Below are positions 1 through 10,991 of a stretch of DNA of 64,000 nucleotides, one piece after another. The translations under genes were made by a program, and so were the position numbers. Within the stretch, counting starts at the first letter, position 1. Each line of letters opens with the position of its first letter. Under the pieces are notes generated by a model. That model did no database searches. It had not been told where the DNA came from and saw nothing but the letters and a program-made list of their open reading frames with translations. This DNA is from Lama guanicoe (lineage: Eukaryota): positions 11,793,175-11,857,174 of the forward strand of contig MU056000.1 in NCBI GenBank assembly GCA_013239625.1, read 5' to 3'.

Positions 1-461
1 TGAAAAAGCTTCATAGTGTAAGATTTCAATCCTATGAAGTTCTGGAAAAGGCAAAACTATGGAGACAGTAAAAAGATCAGTGGTTGCCAAGGGTTGACTG
101 GTGGGTGGGGGTGGGCTGTGGTGTTTGGGGAAGGACGAATAAGTGGAGCACAGAGGATCAGAGGGTTTTTAGGGCAGTAAAAATACTCTGTTACTGTAAT
201 GATGGATATGTCATTAGACTTTTATCCAAACCCACAGAAAATACAATATCAAAAGTAAATTCTAATACAAACTCTGGACTATGGGTGATTATGATGTATC
301 AGTGTACGTTCAGCAGCTGTAACAACTGTCCCACTCTGCTGGAGGGTGTTGATAATGAGGCAGGCTAAACAAGGGTGGGGACAGAGGTTATATGGGAAAC
401 CTCTGTACTTTCCTGTTAATTTTGCTGAACTGAAAACTGCTCTTTTAAAAATAGTCTTTAA
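1..461 (+). mobile_element. L1MC1-like LINE-1 3' end
   Basis: Contains 'ctggaaaaggcaaaactatggagacagtaaaaagatcagtggttgcc' and 'agcacagagga...tttttagggcagt', resembling the recalled L1MC1 3' UTR. Homologous to 23030-23560. Confidence 0.85.
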
Positions 462-718
462 ACATAGAATACAAACTTCTGGTTGCCAAGGGAGTGGAGG
501 ATGGGAAGGGATAGACAGGATTTCAAAATTGTAGAACAGATACACAAGATTATACTGTATAGCACAGGGAAATATATACAAGATCTCATGGTAGCTCACA
601 GAGAAAAAAATGTGACAATGAATATATATATGTTCATGTATAACTGAAAAATTGTGCTCTACACTGGAATTTGACACAACATTGTAAAATGATTAATAAA
701 CCAATTAAAAAAGTCTAA
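462..718 (+). mobile_element. Young camelid-type L1 3' UTR, 5'-truncated, with A-rich tail
   Basis: Near-identical to 49090-49370. Flanked by TSD aaaaatagtctttaa (447-461) / aaaaataatctttaa (719-733). Confidence 0.9.
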
Positions 719-744
719 AAAAATAATCTTTAAAAAAATAAACC

Positions 745-1880
745 ATTTCATATGTATATACAGCACTTACTATGTGCCAGGTATTGTCACAGGTGCTGGG
801 AACAAAGTCCCTGCTCCCATGGAGTTTCTATGGAACAAGGATGTATTCAGTGCCTTTGGGAAGCTTCATTCTCTGCTAGACTCCAGAGGTCCCATAATGA
901 GAAGGTGGTTGAGGTCCCTAATCTCAAAGAGCTTGCAGTCCAGTTGGGGGAACAAATGAACCCACAGGAATAATCTGCTACCCCAGGGAGGTAAGAAAAG
1001 GGATGCTAAAGCTGGAATGAGAGGCATGTGATGTGAGCAGGAAGTGATGTTTGAGCTAAGTTCTAAAAGATCAGAATATGAGTAGAATTCAGCCAAGGAA
1101 GAAGAAACAGAAGTGAGACTACTATGTGGGAAAGAAAGCATCAAGCAGTTAAGAAAGCCATTCATGAACGTAAAGCTTAAGGTGTGCAGTGGTGTGTGGA
1201 AGGCAGACAGAAATAAACCTGCAGGAACAAAGCTTGAACTGGGCAATTCTTTTTGGGCAAAGCCTCCAAGTTGAGACACATTAAAGCCAATTCAATTTGT
1301 TTTTCCTTAGGTTACCAGTGTAGAAAAAAATAAAGAAATATGAAAAAGGGTTATAAAAATTAGGCATTTTAAATGTTTTCTCTTAAATTAATGCTTCAAC
1401 ACAAATATATAAACATCAATGACTATGTAAGCAATCTCATTTGAAGATAAAGCAAGAAATATAAATTTGTTGCCTTCCATTAGTGCAAGGTTACCTCTCC
1501 TGTACACACACACACACACACACAGTGCCCCAGGCCCACGGAACACTTACTTAAGAAGTCTTCCTTATAAGGAATGATGAGAATTGGGAATTTTATCATA
1601 AGAGCAATGGGAATCCCTGGAAAAGAGCTGAAGCAGGTGAGTGACATAATCTCATTTGCAATGTTATCAATTTTGGGTAATAGATTAAGGGGAGGCAGCA
1701 TTGGAGACAGGGGACAGGTGTGAGCTCAGTGATCCACATGAAGCGGGGTGGGGGGGGGTCTGGACCAGGACAGTCGTTCTGGTATAAGGTTTGAATCAGA
1801 GAAATATTTAGATGGTAGAATCAGCAGGACTTCCTGTCCGACTGAATAAGGGACATGAGGGAGACAGAGGAAATGGTTTT
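745..1880 (-). mobile_element. LINE-2 fragments (discontinuous)
   Basis: Reverse of the L2 3' end ('cagcacttactatgtgccagg...gtccctgctcccatggag'), followed by purine-rich L2 body segments. Confidence 0.65.
1504..1524. repeat. (CA)n microsatellite
   Basis: Visible directly in the sequence. Confidence 0.95.
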
Positions 1881-1912
1881 CCAATCAAAATATTCAAGTT
1901 ACTTTCAGCTTA

Positions 1913-2285
1913 TGTTAGGGACTAAGTGTTTATGTCTTCCTGAAACCCATAGGTCGAAACCCTTACCCCCAATGTAATGTTATTTGGAGGTGGGGACTTA
2001 GGGCGGCAACTAGGTTTAGATAAAATCGTAAGGATGGGGCTCCCATGCTAGGATTAGTGTCCTTATAAGTAGAGAAAGACCAGAGCACTTCCTCTCTCTA
2101 CCATGTGAAGACACAGCAAGAAGACAGCCAACTGCAAACTAGGAAGAGACCCTCTCTAGGATCTGAATCTACAGGTCCAACCTTGATCTTGGACTCCCCA
2201 GTTCCAAAATGTGAAAAATATATGTGTGTTGTTGAAGTCACCCATTCTGTGGTATTTTGCTATATGAGCCCAAGTAGACTAAGAG
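1913..2285 (+). mobile_element. MaLR solo LTR, MLT1A-like
   Basis: TG start; motifs 'tatttggaggtgggg', 'ccatgtgaagacacagcaagaagacagcc', 'accttgatcttggact', 'ctgtggtattttgctat'. Confidence 0.85.
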
Positions 2286-3919
2286 TTTAAAATAAAACAT
2301 CTATTTCCATAGCATTTTCACTTCCTTGAATGATTTTTTAAATCCATATAACCTTCACTGGTTTTAAATTATTAATAATATAGTGTAATTGAGTGCTTCA
2401 TTTTCAAAAGAGTTTGCAGGAATATGTTGACTACAAAGAATTTTTTTTTAATAATGCCTTCATGTGTCCCCTTCCACTCTGTAACATTTCTAGGAGGCTC
2501 ACCCTTTTGAGTAGTGATCTGACATTTGTGATCTAATTCTACAATGTTATTCCCTCCCACGTGTGAATAAACATAGATTCTGATGTGGTTCAAGCATGCC
2601 CTTACTATTAAAAAGAAGTTATTGAAAGCAATTGTCACAGTTGAATGACACATTTATAAACGCCATTCAAAAATAAATACCTAGTATTCTAGAAAGACTA
2701 AATTTTATTTCAAGATTCACTAATGTTTCTATCTTTATTAAATTTAAGAAATAAATTTCACAGACAAACATTTTGCAGTATATGCCTCTAGAGAAAGGCC
2801 ACACTCTTCCATGGAGATACGTCAAGGCTAATGGATATATTCAAAGGTTAAATTACAGGACCCTAGACTAGGCTTGATTCATGCTGTTTTATAATTGCAT
2901 GCCCATGTCTACGCTAGTTGGTTAGCACACCATACTAATGAGGCCAGTGGCAAAAGTTCAAATCCCCAGGCAGGCAATTTGTTTTTCTCTGCTTGTGGTG
3001 CTGGCTGTAACACCCACCCCAAGTCAGGCATCAGAAATGTGTGTCAGTCATTGCATCGTCAAGAGGAAGTGCCAATGGCTTAATGACAATCTGTCCTTCC
3101 CATTAGAAAAACATGTCAAAGCACATGTGCAGCTGACGGAGGGAGAGTAGTGTCACCTTCAAAGACAATGAGTGGAACATTTCTCATATTAATACAACAA
3201 ACAAAATTCCTGCCAGAAGCAAGTCATACATGTCACTAAGAATGATGATCTTAAATTAGATTCCACATGAATAATTTCTTCATTTTTCATCTTTGACCAA
3301 ACAGCACTCAATTTGCCATTAAGCAAAAACTATGTGAAGCACACATTTACCTGCTTCCTTCCTGTCTCCCAAAATTGTTATGAGAATGAATCAGATAGTA
3401 TCTTGGAGGCATTTTTAAAACAATAAAATATTCATATAAATTGTTCCCTTCTGACTCAGCGGGGGAGCAGATATATTGAGTTTTCACAAGATGAAAGCAA
3501 CGGGTGATACGGCATTCAGCCTCGAACAACAGTCAGTTCAGAAAAGGAAAACAGCGTTTCGAAGACTGCTATTTGAGTAGAACAGCCGAGTGAGTTAATG
3601 ATCAATTGGTAGCATGACATAGAGCCATGAATCCTTCTGACACAATCATTCTTCAGTGTTCAGTTCAGCAATATTCATTGTTGAAGAGAATTCAGAAGAA
3701 TCCAGGCTTTCCCAACAATAGATCTCACTGAAACACAGTCCCATCTGTGACCTGGGGGCTCTCCTTGGCATGAAGACCTGCAAGAGATGCTTGGCTGGCT
3801 GACTACCTGAATATACGCACAGGTCCTTAAATAAAGGAAGAGAAAAGGGGGACAGGGAATTACACAGGTGCAGGGTCTGGCCTTTAGACATGTAGCTAGC
3901 TGAACCCAGAATCCACAAT

Positions 3920-4838
3920 TCTAGAAGTCACCCTTGAGTTGTCTTTCTCATGCATATGTGATTATTGACTTAAATTGTTCTTCTCATTCATATCTAGTCA
4001 TTCTATGTCCTAAATGTGACTCCATCTCTTTCATTCCATCCCCTCTGCCACCGCTCTGGTTCTGATCACCACCATCCTCTACCTGGTTTATGTCAATTGT
4101 CTTCTCACTCCTTTAGTCGAGTTTTGTTTCCTTCCACTCTGTTAGCCATATTACTGCAAGAGTGATCCTTACAATAAATGCAGATATGCCTTAAAACACT
4201 CAGTAGGCTCTCTACTGTCCTTCAAATATAGGACAGTCTCCTTAAAATGGTTTGCAAAGCCCTCAACAATGGAATCTCATCTTAAACCTCTTCCCATCAC
4301 ACATTCTCTGCTCCAGTCATACCAAGCTGGCTCCAGTTTCCTAATGTGATGTTCCTTCCCTCAAGTCCAAGACTCACCAGTGTTTTCCCCTTTGAGGAAG
4401 CAGTCTCTCTCCCAATCCCCAGTTCACTCAATTCGTACTCACCCTTCAGACATCAGCTTAAATATCTCTCTCTACCTTTCTTGGGGAGCTTCCCTTGACT
4501 CCACAACTTGGTTCTAACCCCTTGTTTTCTACTCACTTAATACCTTATACCTCCTGATACCCTTGTAATGGATATTCATCATACTAATTGTAGCAATCAA
4601 TTTAATTTTTTTTTCTTTCCTGTAAGCTACGAGTTCAGGGAGATAAGGATAAAGTCTACCTTGCCCACCTGTGACTGTAATGAGACCAAAAGCTCTGTAA
4701 GTGTAGGAATTTCTTTTGTTTCAACTGTATCTGTATCGCCTAGAGCAGTTCTGATAATAGCATACATGAAATAAATTTTTGTTGAATAAATAAATGAAGA
4801 GTAGGCACTCAATACATATTTGTTAAAAAGAATCCATG
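3920..4838 (+). mobile_element. LINE-2 3' region
   Basis: Pyrimidine-rich L2 body ending in two L2-type tails ('aataaatttttgttgaataaataaatgaa' and 'gtaggcactcaatacatatttgtt'). Confidence 0.75.
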
Positions 4839-5001
4839 GTCCTTCTGCTGTGTAAGGGCACCGCGAGAAGGCACTTGATAAGAACTCGAAGGGGGCCTTT
4901 ACCAGAATGGAATCATGCTGGTGCCTTGTTCTTGGACTTCCCAGCTTCCAGACTTTGAGCAATAAATTTCTGTTGTTTATAAGATTTTTTTTAAAAAAAA
5001 G
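4839..5001 (+). mobile_element. Retroposed polyadenylated MLT1A/MST-like LTR fragment
   Basis: MaLR sequence stops 17 nt after AATAAA (4961-4966) and is followed by a T/A tail. TSD aaaaagaatccatg (4825-4838) / aaaaacaatccatg (5002-5015). Confidence 0.75.
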
Positions 5002-5040
5002 AAAAACAATCCATGAAGGAAACTCAAGTCTACACAGAGT

Positions 5041-5066
5041 TTTGTTTTGTTTTGTTTTGTTTTTTT
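5041..5066. repeat. (TTTTG)n simple repeat
   Basis: Visible directly in the sequence. Confidence 0.9.
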
Positions 5067-6129
5067 AAAAAGGACCTCAAAACAATCAAACCCTTAGGAA
5101 ATATTTAAAAATCAGAATGGTGATTTATTTATTATTTAAGTCAGGAAGGATCTACATCTGTTCTCTGCTCAGAGCACTTCCTCCTAGTAAGCAAGTATGC
5201 TCAGAGATCAAGAGATGATTTCATGATGACAGAATTAATTTTAAGTGTTAAGTGTCCTAGGGACACTGGATACATTGTATTCCTTCTTTGGACATATTTC
5301 TAACTGATGGAGGCCATGGCTGTGAGGCTGTAGGAGCTAGATCTGATCCAGATATATCCAAAGAGGTCAATACTGTTGTTCAGTATTGTTCAATATTGCT
5401 CCTCAATCCTTTGTTTATGGTCAGTGCATGAGCAACAATTTCCTCTTCTGTAAAACCGTGGGTTAAGCTATAGGCTCTCTAAAGTCTCTTTCAGACTTAG
5501 CATTCTTTCAAAATCATAGAAACTCAAAGCAAATAAAATCATGAGTTTTGCCATTAAAGAATCCATTGATACATTTCTGTGCATAATCAGAACTGAAAGT
5601 CCTAGAACCAGGAGCTTCATGATTAAAGTTCTTCCTGTGTTTTCCTTATTATACCCTGGGAAGGTCACTGAGGGTATCTTAATTGGCCTAATTAGGAGTT
5701 AGAAGATCATTTTCAAAAGACAAAATACATAACCCCAACTTTCAGATTTGCGCATAGATTGTAATACTTCCTTTTTTCCAGAAAATTTGAAGGAAAAAAA
5801 AACTCCCACTTTTCCCTAATTGCTTACAGTGTCAGCCTTTTTTGTCTCCTTGAATACCGAAAGCTGACAGATGACCTGGTATACAAAAAGAGCTGGCCTC
5901 ACTTGCTATAGCAAAGTGAATTTTTCACTTTTTAATATAATCAGAAATCTAAAAGATGGAGAGAAAGTGCTCTCCATTACCACACAGGGAGACAAATTTG
6001 GTAATAAATAGCGTTCTCTATAACACCAGACTCCTGTAATACATGTCTGATCTTTCTGCCGCTGCCGTGTCAACACGAACAATGGTCTGGGAATGGAGTC
6101 AGACGAAGGACATCTGCCCGGAGTACTGA

Positions 6130-6610
6130 AGAAGAAGAATTAGCTTAAATGAAAGGTAGAGAGATTTCAGTTGGACAGAAGGGGAAACTTGATCTTGGCT
6201 ACGATAAGACCCTGAAATAAGCCAATCAGAAGTTATGAAGTTTCACAAATGAACTACTTATTTTTTATAACTTAGATGATTAATTTCTTGAATACGTGTA
6301 AGTAGATGTGACTGTCCTTTATGATTGGATTACTGCATTCTGTTGACTCTTAATTTTGCGGTTGGCTTTATTCCTTTGACATAGCTATGTAAGTTTAAAA
6401 AGCTAAAGCTCTAATTTGTTCTTAGAAACAATGATCAGTACATATATGTAAACTAAAAAAGTGCTGTATACTGTATATATGTAGTTACATGCAATAGAAT
6501 GTTTATGTGCAGTCAAACTGTAATAATTCTACCTAATAAAACTGGAAAAGTGAAAAAAAAAAGAAGTTACTGAAGTTTCTATCCTTGAGGAATTTTCTAT
6601 AAAGGCTAAA
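6130..6610 (+). mobile_element. L3/CR1 LINE 3' fragment, interrupted by a retrocopy
   Basis: 'agcttaaatgaaaggtagagagatttcagttggacagaaggggaaactt' and, after the insert, 'gaagtttctatccttgaggaatttt' resemble the recalled CR1/L3 3' end. Confidence 0.55.
6245..6561 (+). pseudogene. Processed retrocopy of an mRNA 3'-UTR end (parent gene not identified)
   Basis: AU-rich sequence, AATAAA at 6535-6540, poly(A) from 6553. TSD agaagttatgaagtttc (6228-6244) / agaagttactgaagtttc (6562-6579). Confidence 0.75.
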
Positions 6611-7769
6611 ATTTTTTCTGTCTGTGGTCCTTCATTTGTTCATTCATTCATTCTTTTGATAAAAATGATTGATTACCTAATGACTGATTATCTAAATAAG
6701 TACAAAGCATATATCTTAGCCAAAAGGCAGGACTCAGGACCATGTGGTCTCTTTAGGTTTGTGATATTTCTCAGATGTGATGATACATGCATGATTATGC
6801 CCATGGAGAGCACGTGGAGACACCCACAGAGACGTTTTTACGGACGGAGACTAAGCCCGTTGCTGTCAGATGTGGCTCTCTGTGATTAAGAAATATTTGA
6901 GAAAGAAGGGTAAATTTGTAAATTACTTCAAATGGGAAAATGGAAAGTGAGCTCTCCGTTACCAACGTTATCCCCAAACTGATGACCGTCTGTCAGCTAG
7001 GTGCTAGAAGAAAGCCCCATATATTGTTTAAAGAGAAGACCTCTAAAGTGTGTCTTCTATGGAAACAGCATGGTTGGCCAAATTGTGGAATAGCAGTGTT
7101 CATTGTTCAATGTTCACTGATCCCCTGAGAGACAGAAAGTGAGTCAAGGCCATTGCTATGCGCGCACACACATACACACTCTCTCTCTCTCTTTCAGGAA
7201 AGAACTAAGCTCAGTTCCAAAGTACTAGTTTGATTTCTATTTTTTTAGTTATGAGAAGTTATGCCCAATTGATGTTTAAGCATCGTGAAAAGGAGATACA
7301 AGAAAACAACCAAGGGCAGGATTCAACACCCTATACTGCACAGGCAGGAGCTAATCAGAATGGGTTGGAACAGGGTCCCAGTAGCCATTTACTGTGCCGG
7401 ATGTTGGCCTTTATTTACTGGATCTGAAGACTTCGAGGGATATCCCATAGGAGAGTCAGAAAAAATGGGGACAGGACGGCTTAAAGGGAGCCTTTGAAAC
7501 AGTGGCTATTTATCAACTGGTTTAGAAATATTTTCCTATTTTAACAAGCAACCCCAACATACTAGGGGCCCACAGGTTGGCGATCAGTCCTGGAACAGCC
7601 ACTAGTGTGAATTCAGAAGCCGCCTATCCCACCACACCAACCCTCCTCCTTGATGGAGAAGTCTAAGGCAAGGAAAAGAGGAAAAGAGAGGTGTAATCCA
7701 TCCTGACTTATCTAGACTCTCCTCTTCTGTGTGACACAGCCATTAATAAATGCGGGAAAGACTGGCTGG

Positions 7770-8080
7770 GTTTCACAACATACAAGGGAAGATCCGGCTG
7801 GAGGGTCACACACAAAGAGGATTTCAATGACTCCACATCGGACAGAAGAAACTGGGAGTCAATGCCCCACAGGAGTTTGTTTTGAGACCAGTTTTATTTG
7901 ACTTTGTACAATAATGCCTACAATAATTAGCACCTCGATGGAGGCTGGAAAAAAAAAGAGGTCTAATTAGAGGTTAAGGAAAGTGTGAATTAGAAGTTGT
8001 GGGCAAATATCAACTTTTGAAAGACCAGCACAATTTCAAGTATCATTGGCCTCCTAGAAAAAGGCAAGAAAGAAAGAAGT
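7770..8080 (+). mobile_element. Highly degraded L3/CR1 RT-region fragment
   Basis: 'gccccacaggagtttgttttgagaccagttttatttgac' resembles the CR1 GVPQGSVLGPVLF-coding segment. Confidence 0.35.
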
Positions 8081-9850
8081 TTCACACGGTAGAGCCCCGA
8101 GGTTAGGCAGGAACATAAGGACACAAGCAGGAGGTGATGCTGACAATTCGTGTGTAGCTAATATATTGATGCCTGTCATTCCTTTCACACCAGCTTCATC
8201 TATTCATTCATCTACTCAAGATATACTGAACCCCTACCATTCAACCCTTTAAATAAACTTGTTAAAGTTTTCCTTAAGTTGAAAAGCACCTTATCAATTC
8301 TCACTTTAATACAGAAATAATCAGTTGATTCTCCTCGAAGCAGAAATGTCATAGCCTCCTATAAAATGAATTTTAATCACGGAGCTAACAATAAATCCAT
8401 TCCTTTTTGAAAAAGGAAAAATGGTAAACACTAAACTAAAAGTTGAATGACCGTCTAATTTATTATCTAAACCAGGACACTCTTGAGTGTGAATGGAAGT
8501 GCATTTAATTGTTACACTGGGACACCGGCTATAAACTGAGACCCACCAGACTAGTTGGGACATTGGGTCACCGTACAAATAAGAACTCTAAGTAAAGCAC
8601 CTTGAGAAAACCCTGCTGGGTCTTCCCCCAAAGAAGCTGGATCTTCCACCTTCTTCAAAGGCAACTACTGTTATGACTCGAGAAGAGCAACAACTTGAAA
8701 GCCTTTGAAGTTTATAAAATATCTGCTAGAAAGTCAGACAACTTTTGCAGAGCCAAGGAAGGTGAAGTTAGATAAGGAAAACAGGAGTGAAAGTCTCTCC
8801 CAGAACATGACACCTCTTCAGCTCACAGTTCGACCTGGGAGATCACTTCTCTGATGCTCACTCCCATAATTCTCACTTGGAAACACTTCTTTCCAACGCA
8901 TCTTAACTCTGCTGGGCAATGTCTCAGCAGTTGGTCTTAAGAGATATTGGCCAAAGAGATCCAGCTTACTATGGGCATCTCTCAGAAACCTTTGGTCAAT
9001 TCTTTTTCTGCTTTACAAGGCCTTGAAGGGCTCTTATTTTCATTTTTGGAAATCAGTCACTCAAGAAAACTCCCCATCAATACTGTATTTCCATCTGCGG
9101 TTGATGCAGAGACGCACTTAAATTAGGGGGGAAATTATTGCCAACTTCTGATGGTCTAAAGAGAGCTGATAATGTGCATTCAATACCCCAGAAGTGAAAG
9201 TCACTGGGGAAAGCTGATTTCCATCCTTCATTCATTGCTCCCATTGGCAAGAGAGACACTTCATACCAGTGAGGAGGTCAGCAGACAGAGCTGAGCAAGG
9301 TCGGGTTCAGTCCCTCCAGGGAGTCATGGCCTCCTGCACATCAGACATTCTGTTTGGCCAAAGGAAAGGAGCTCACCTGTTGTCTGAGCTGGGCCAGGGA
9401 CAGCTGGACAAAGTTTTTTGAACTCAGCAGGAGTATTACTAAGTCTATTTGGCTCACATTTAAAGCCGTGTTTCCCCACCAACTTAATCAATAGTAAAGC
9501 CAACTTCCTTTTTATGCGCCATCTGTCTGTATTCTCTGGCCTGTCTCTCTACAAAATGTGGAGAGAAAGATGAGTGTCATGTACTGGTCTTCCAAAGTCC
9601 CACACGTAGCTCTGACTGGTGAGGTTTCATAACAACTTTTCATCGTGACCACCATGTCGAGTAGAGGCAATGAGGGTCCTGATCCACATATGCTGTTTTC
9701 CCTTGTACCTCTGTGCCTAATAGCACACATCTGCTCACGGTTCCCCAGGATCAGCTGTGAGGTGCAGGGTTCCAGGATAGAGTCTCCTCCATTAATAGCC
9801 ATAGAGAGTGGAAGCTTGTCATCCTGAAATTAGCAGCATCATACCCTACT

Positions 9851-10002
9851 GCAGTAGATCTTAACTTTCTTAAAATCATAGACTATTTAGATTATCATGT
9901 AGATACAAAATGTCACCCTAGGGAGATGCACATATTCAAAAATTTGGGCATCTAATTTCACCAGCTTCCTGAAGCCCCTGTACCAACGGTTACAAATCCC
10001 GC
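9851..10002 (+). mobile_element. hAT-Charlie MITE relic
   Basis: Termini-like 'cagtagatcttaac' and 'ggttacaaatccc', with internal 'gatgcacatat...aaaattt' and 'cctgaagccc'. Confidence 0.45.
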
Positions 10003-10765
10003 AGCCTGCTCAGATGAGTGCATGACCCAACTATCTCACTTCTAACTGGCTGGCAGAGAAGGCGAGAATCTTAGGTGCTTAGGTACGAGGGGACATTTGA
10101 GCTACTCAGAGCCAACTTCTCATTTTAGACTCCAAGAAACAGACCTAGAATAAGGTTGTTTTAGGTTGTAACAAGCAAATCCCGTTAAGCTCCTTAATAT
10201 TTCAGGTGCATGAGGCCTGTTTTCCCTTGTGCAGCAACCTGAAAGTCTTTTCATCCCAAAGCTCTATTTCCTCTGTACTTATTCTCGATGTGGAAAATCA
10301 AGGGACCCAAAAGAAGTTCCTTCTGCTTCTGGAACAATTAAACTATCCTCATGAGCATAGCTGATGTAGGTTGGTGTTTGGAAACCAAATGCAAATAGCT
10401 TGAAAAAATGTGTTGAACACAGTTTCAGGGCCCAACAGAAGCTCAATGTATGATCATTATCTGGCAATGGAAGGGCTACATTAAAAAACAAAGCCCACTG
10501 TTGTTTGTGTTTATTATAACTACATATTTTATGCAAACATATCATGATATGAAAATCAATGACAACCCTGAGGCTCTGGGCAAGTAGCCAAAGTGACTCT
10601 AAGCCACAGAGCCCAGGCATCTCTGTCATGTAACTCCAAACACCTACAGGAGCATTAAATCACCTTGTCGTGTGTTTCCCTGCTTTAGTCAGCACAACTT
10701 AAGGCCTTCCTAATTTTTTATTAGTTCTTTCTTCTTTTGTGACCGTAGAAATTGTTCCTGCCTTC

Positions 10766-10991
10766 CAGGATCTCTTGATCTTGTCACTCTTGGCATGTGG
10801 GACCGGATCCATTTTTGCTGGGGGGAGTAGTCCTATGCATTCTGGCATATTTAACAGCATCCCTGGTCTCTACTCACTGGAAACTAATAGCACACCTGCC
10901 TCCCCAGTTGTGACAACCAAACTATCTCCAGATATCACCTAATGTCCCCTGCGAGGCAAAATTATCCTAGCCCCCTAGCTGAGAGCCACTG
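10766..10991 (+). mobile_element. MER20 (hAT-Charlie MITE)
   Basis: 'cagcatccctggtctctactcactgga...ccagttgtgacaaccaaa...tctccaga...aatgtcccctg' matches the recalled MER20. Confidence 0.9.

Noticed and set aside
9740..9830. Minus-strand exon candidate (tttcag...gtgagc; DDKLPLSMAINGG...)
   Set aside because: Poor polypyrimidine tract, unrecognised peptide, and no partner exons.
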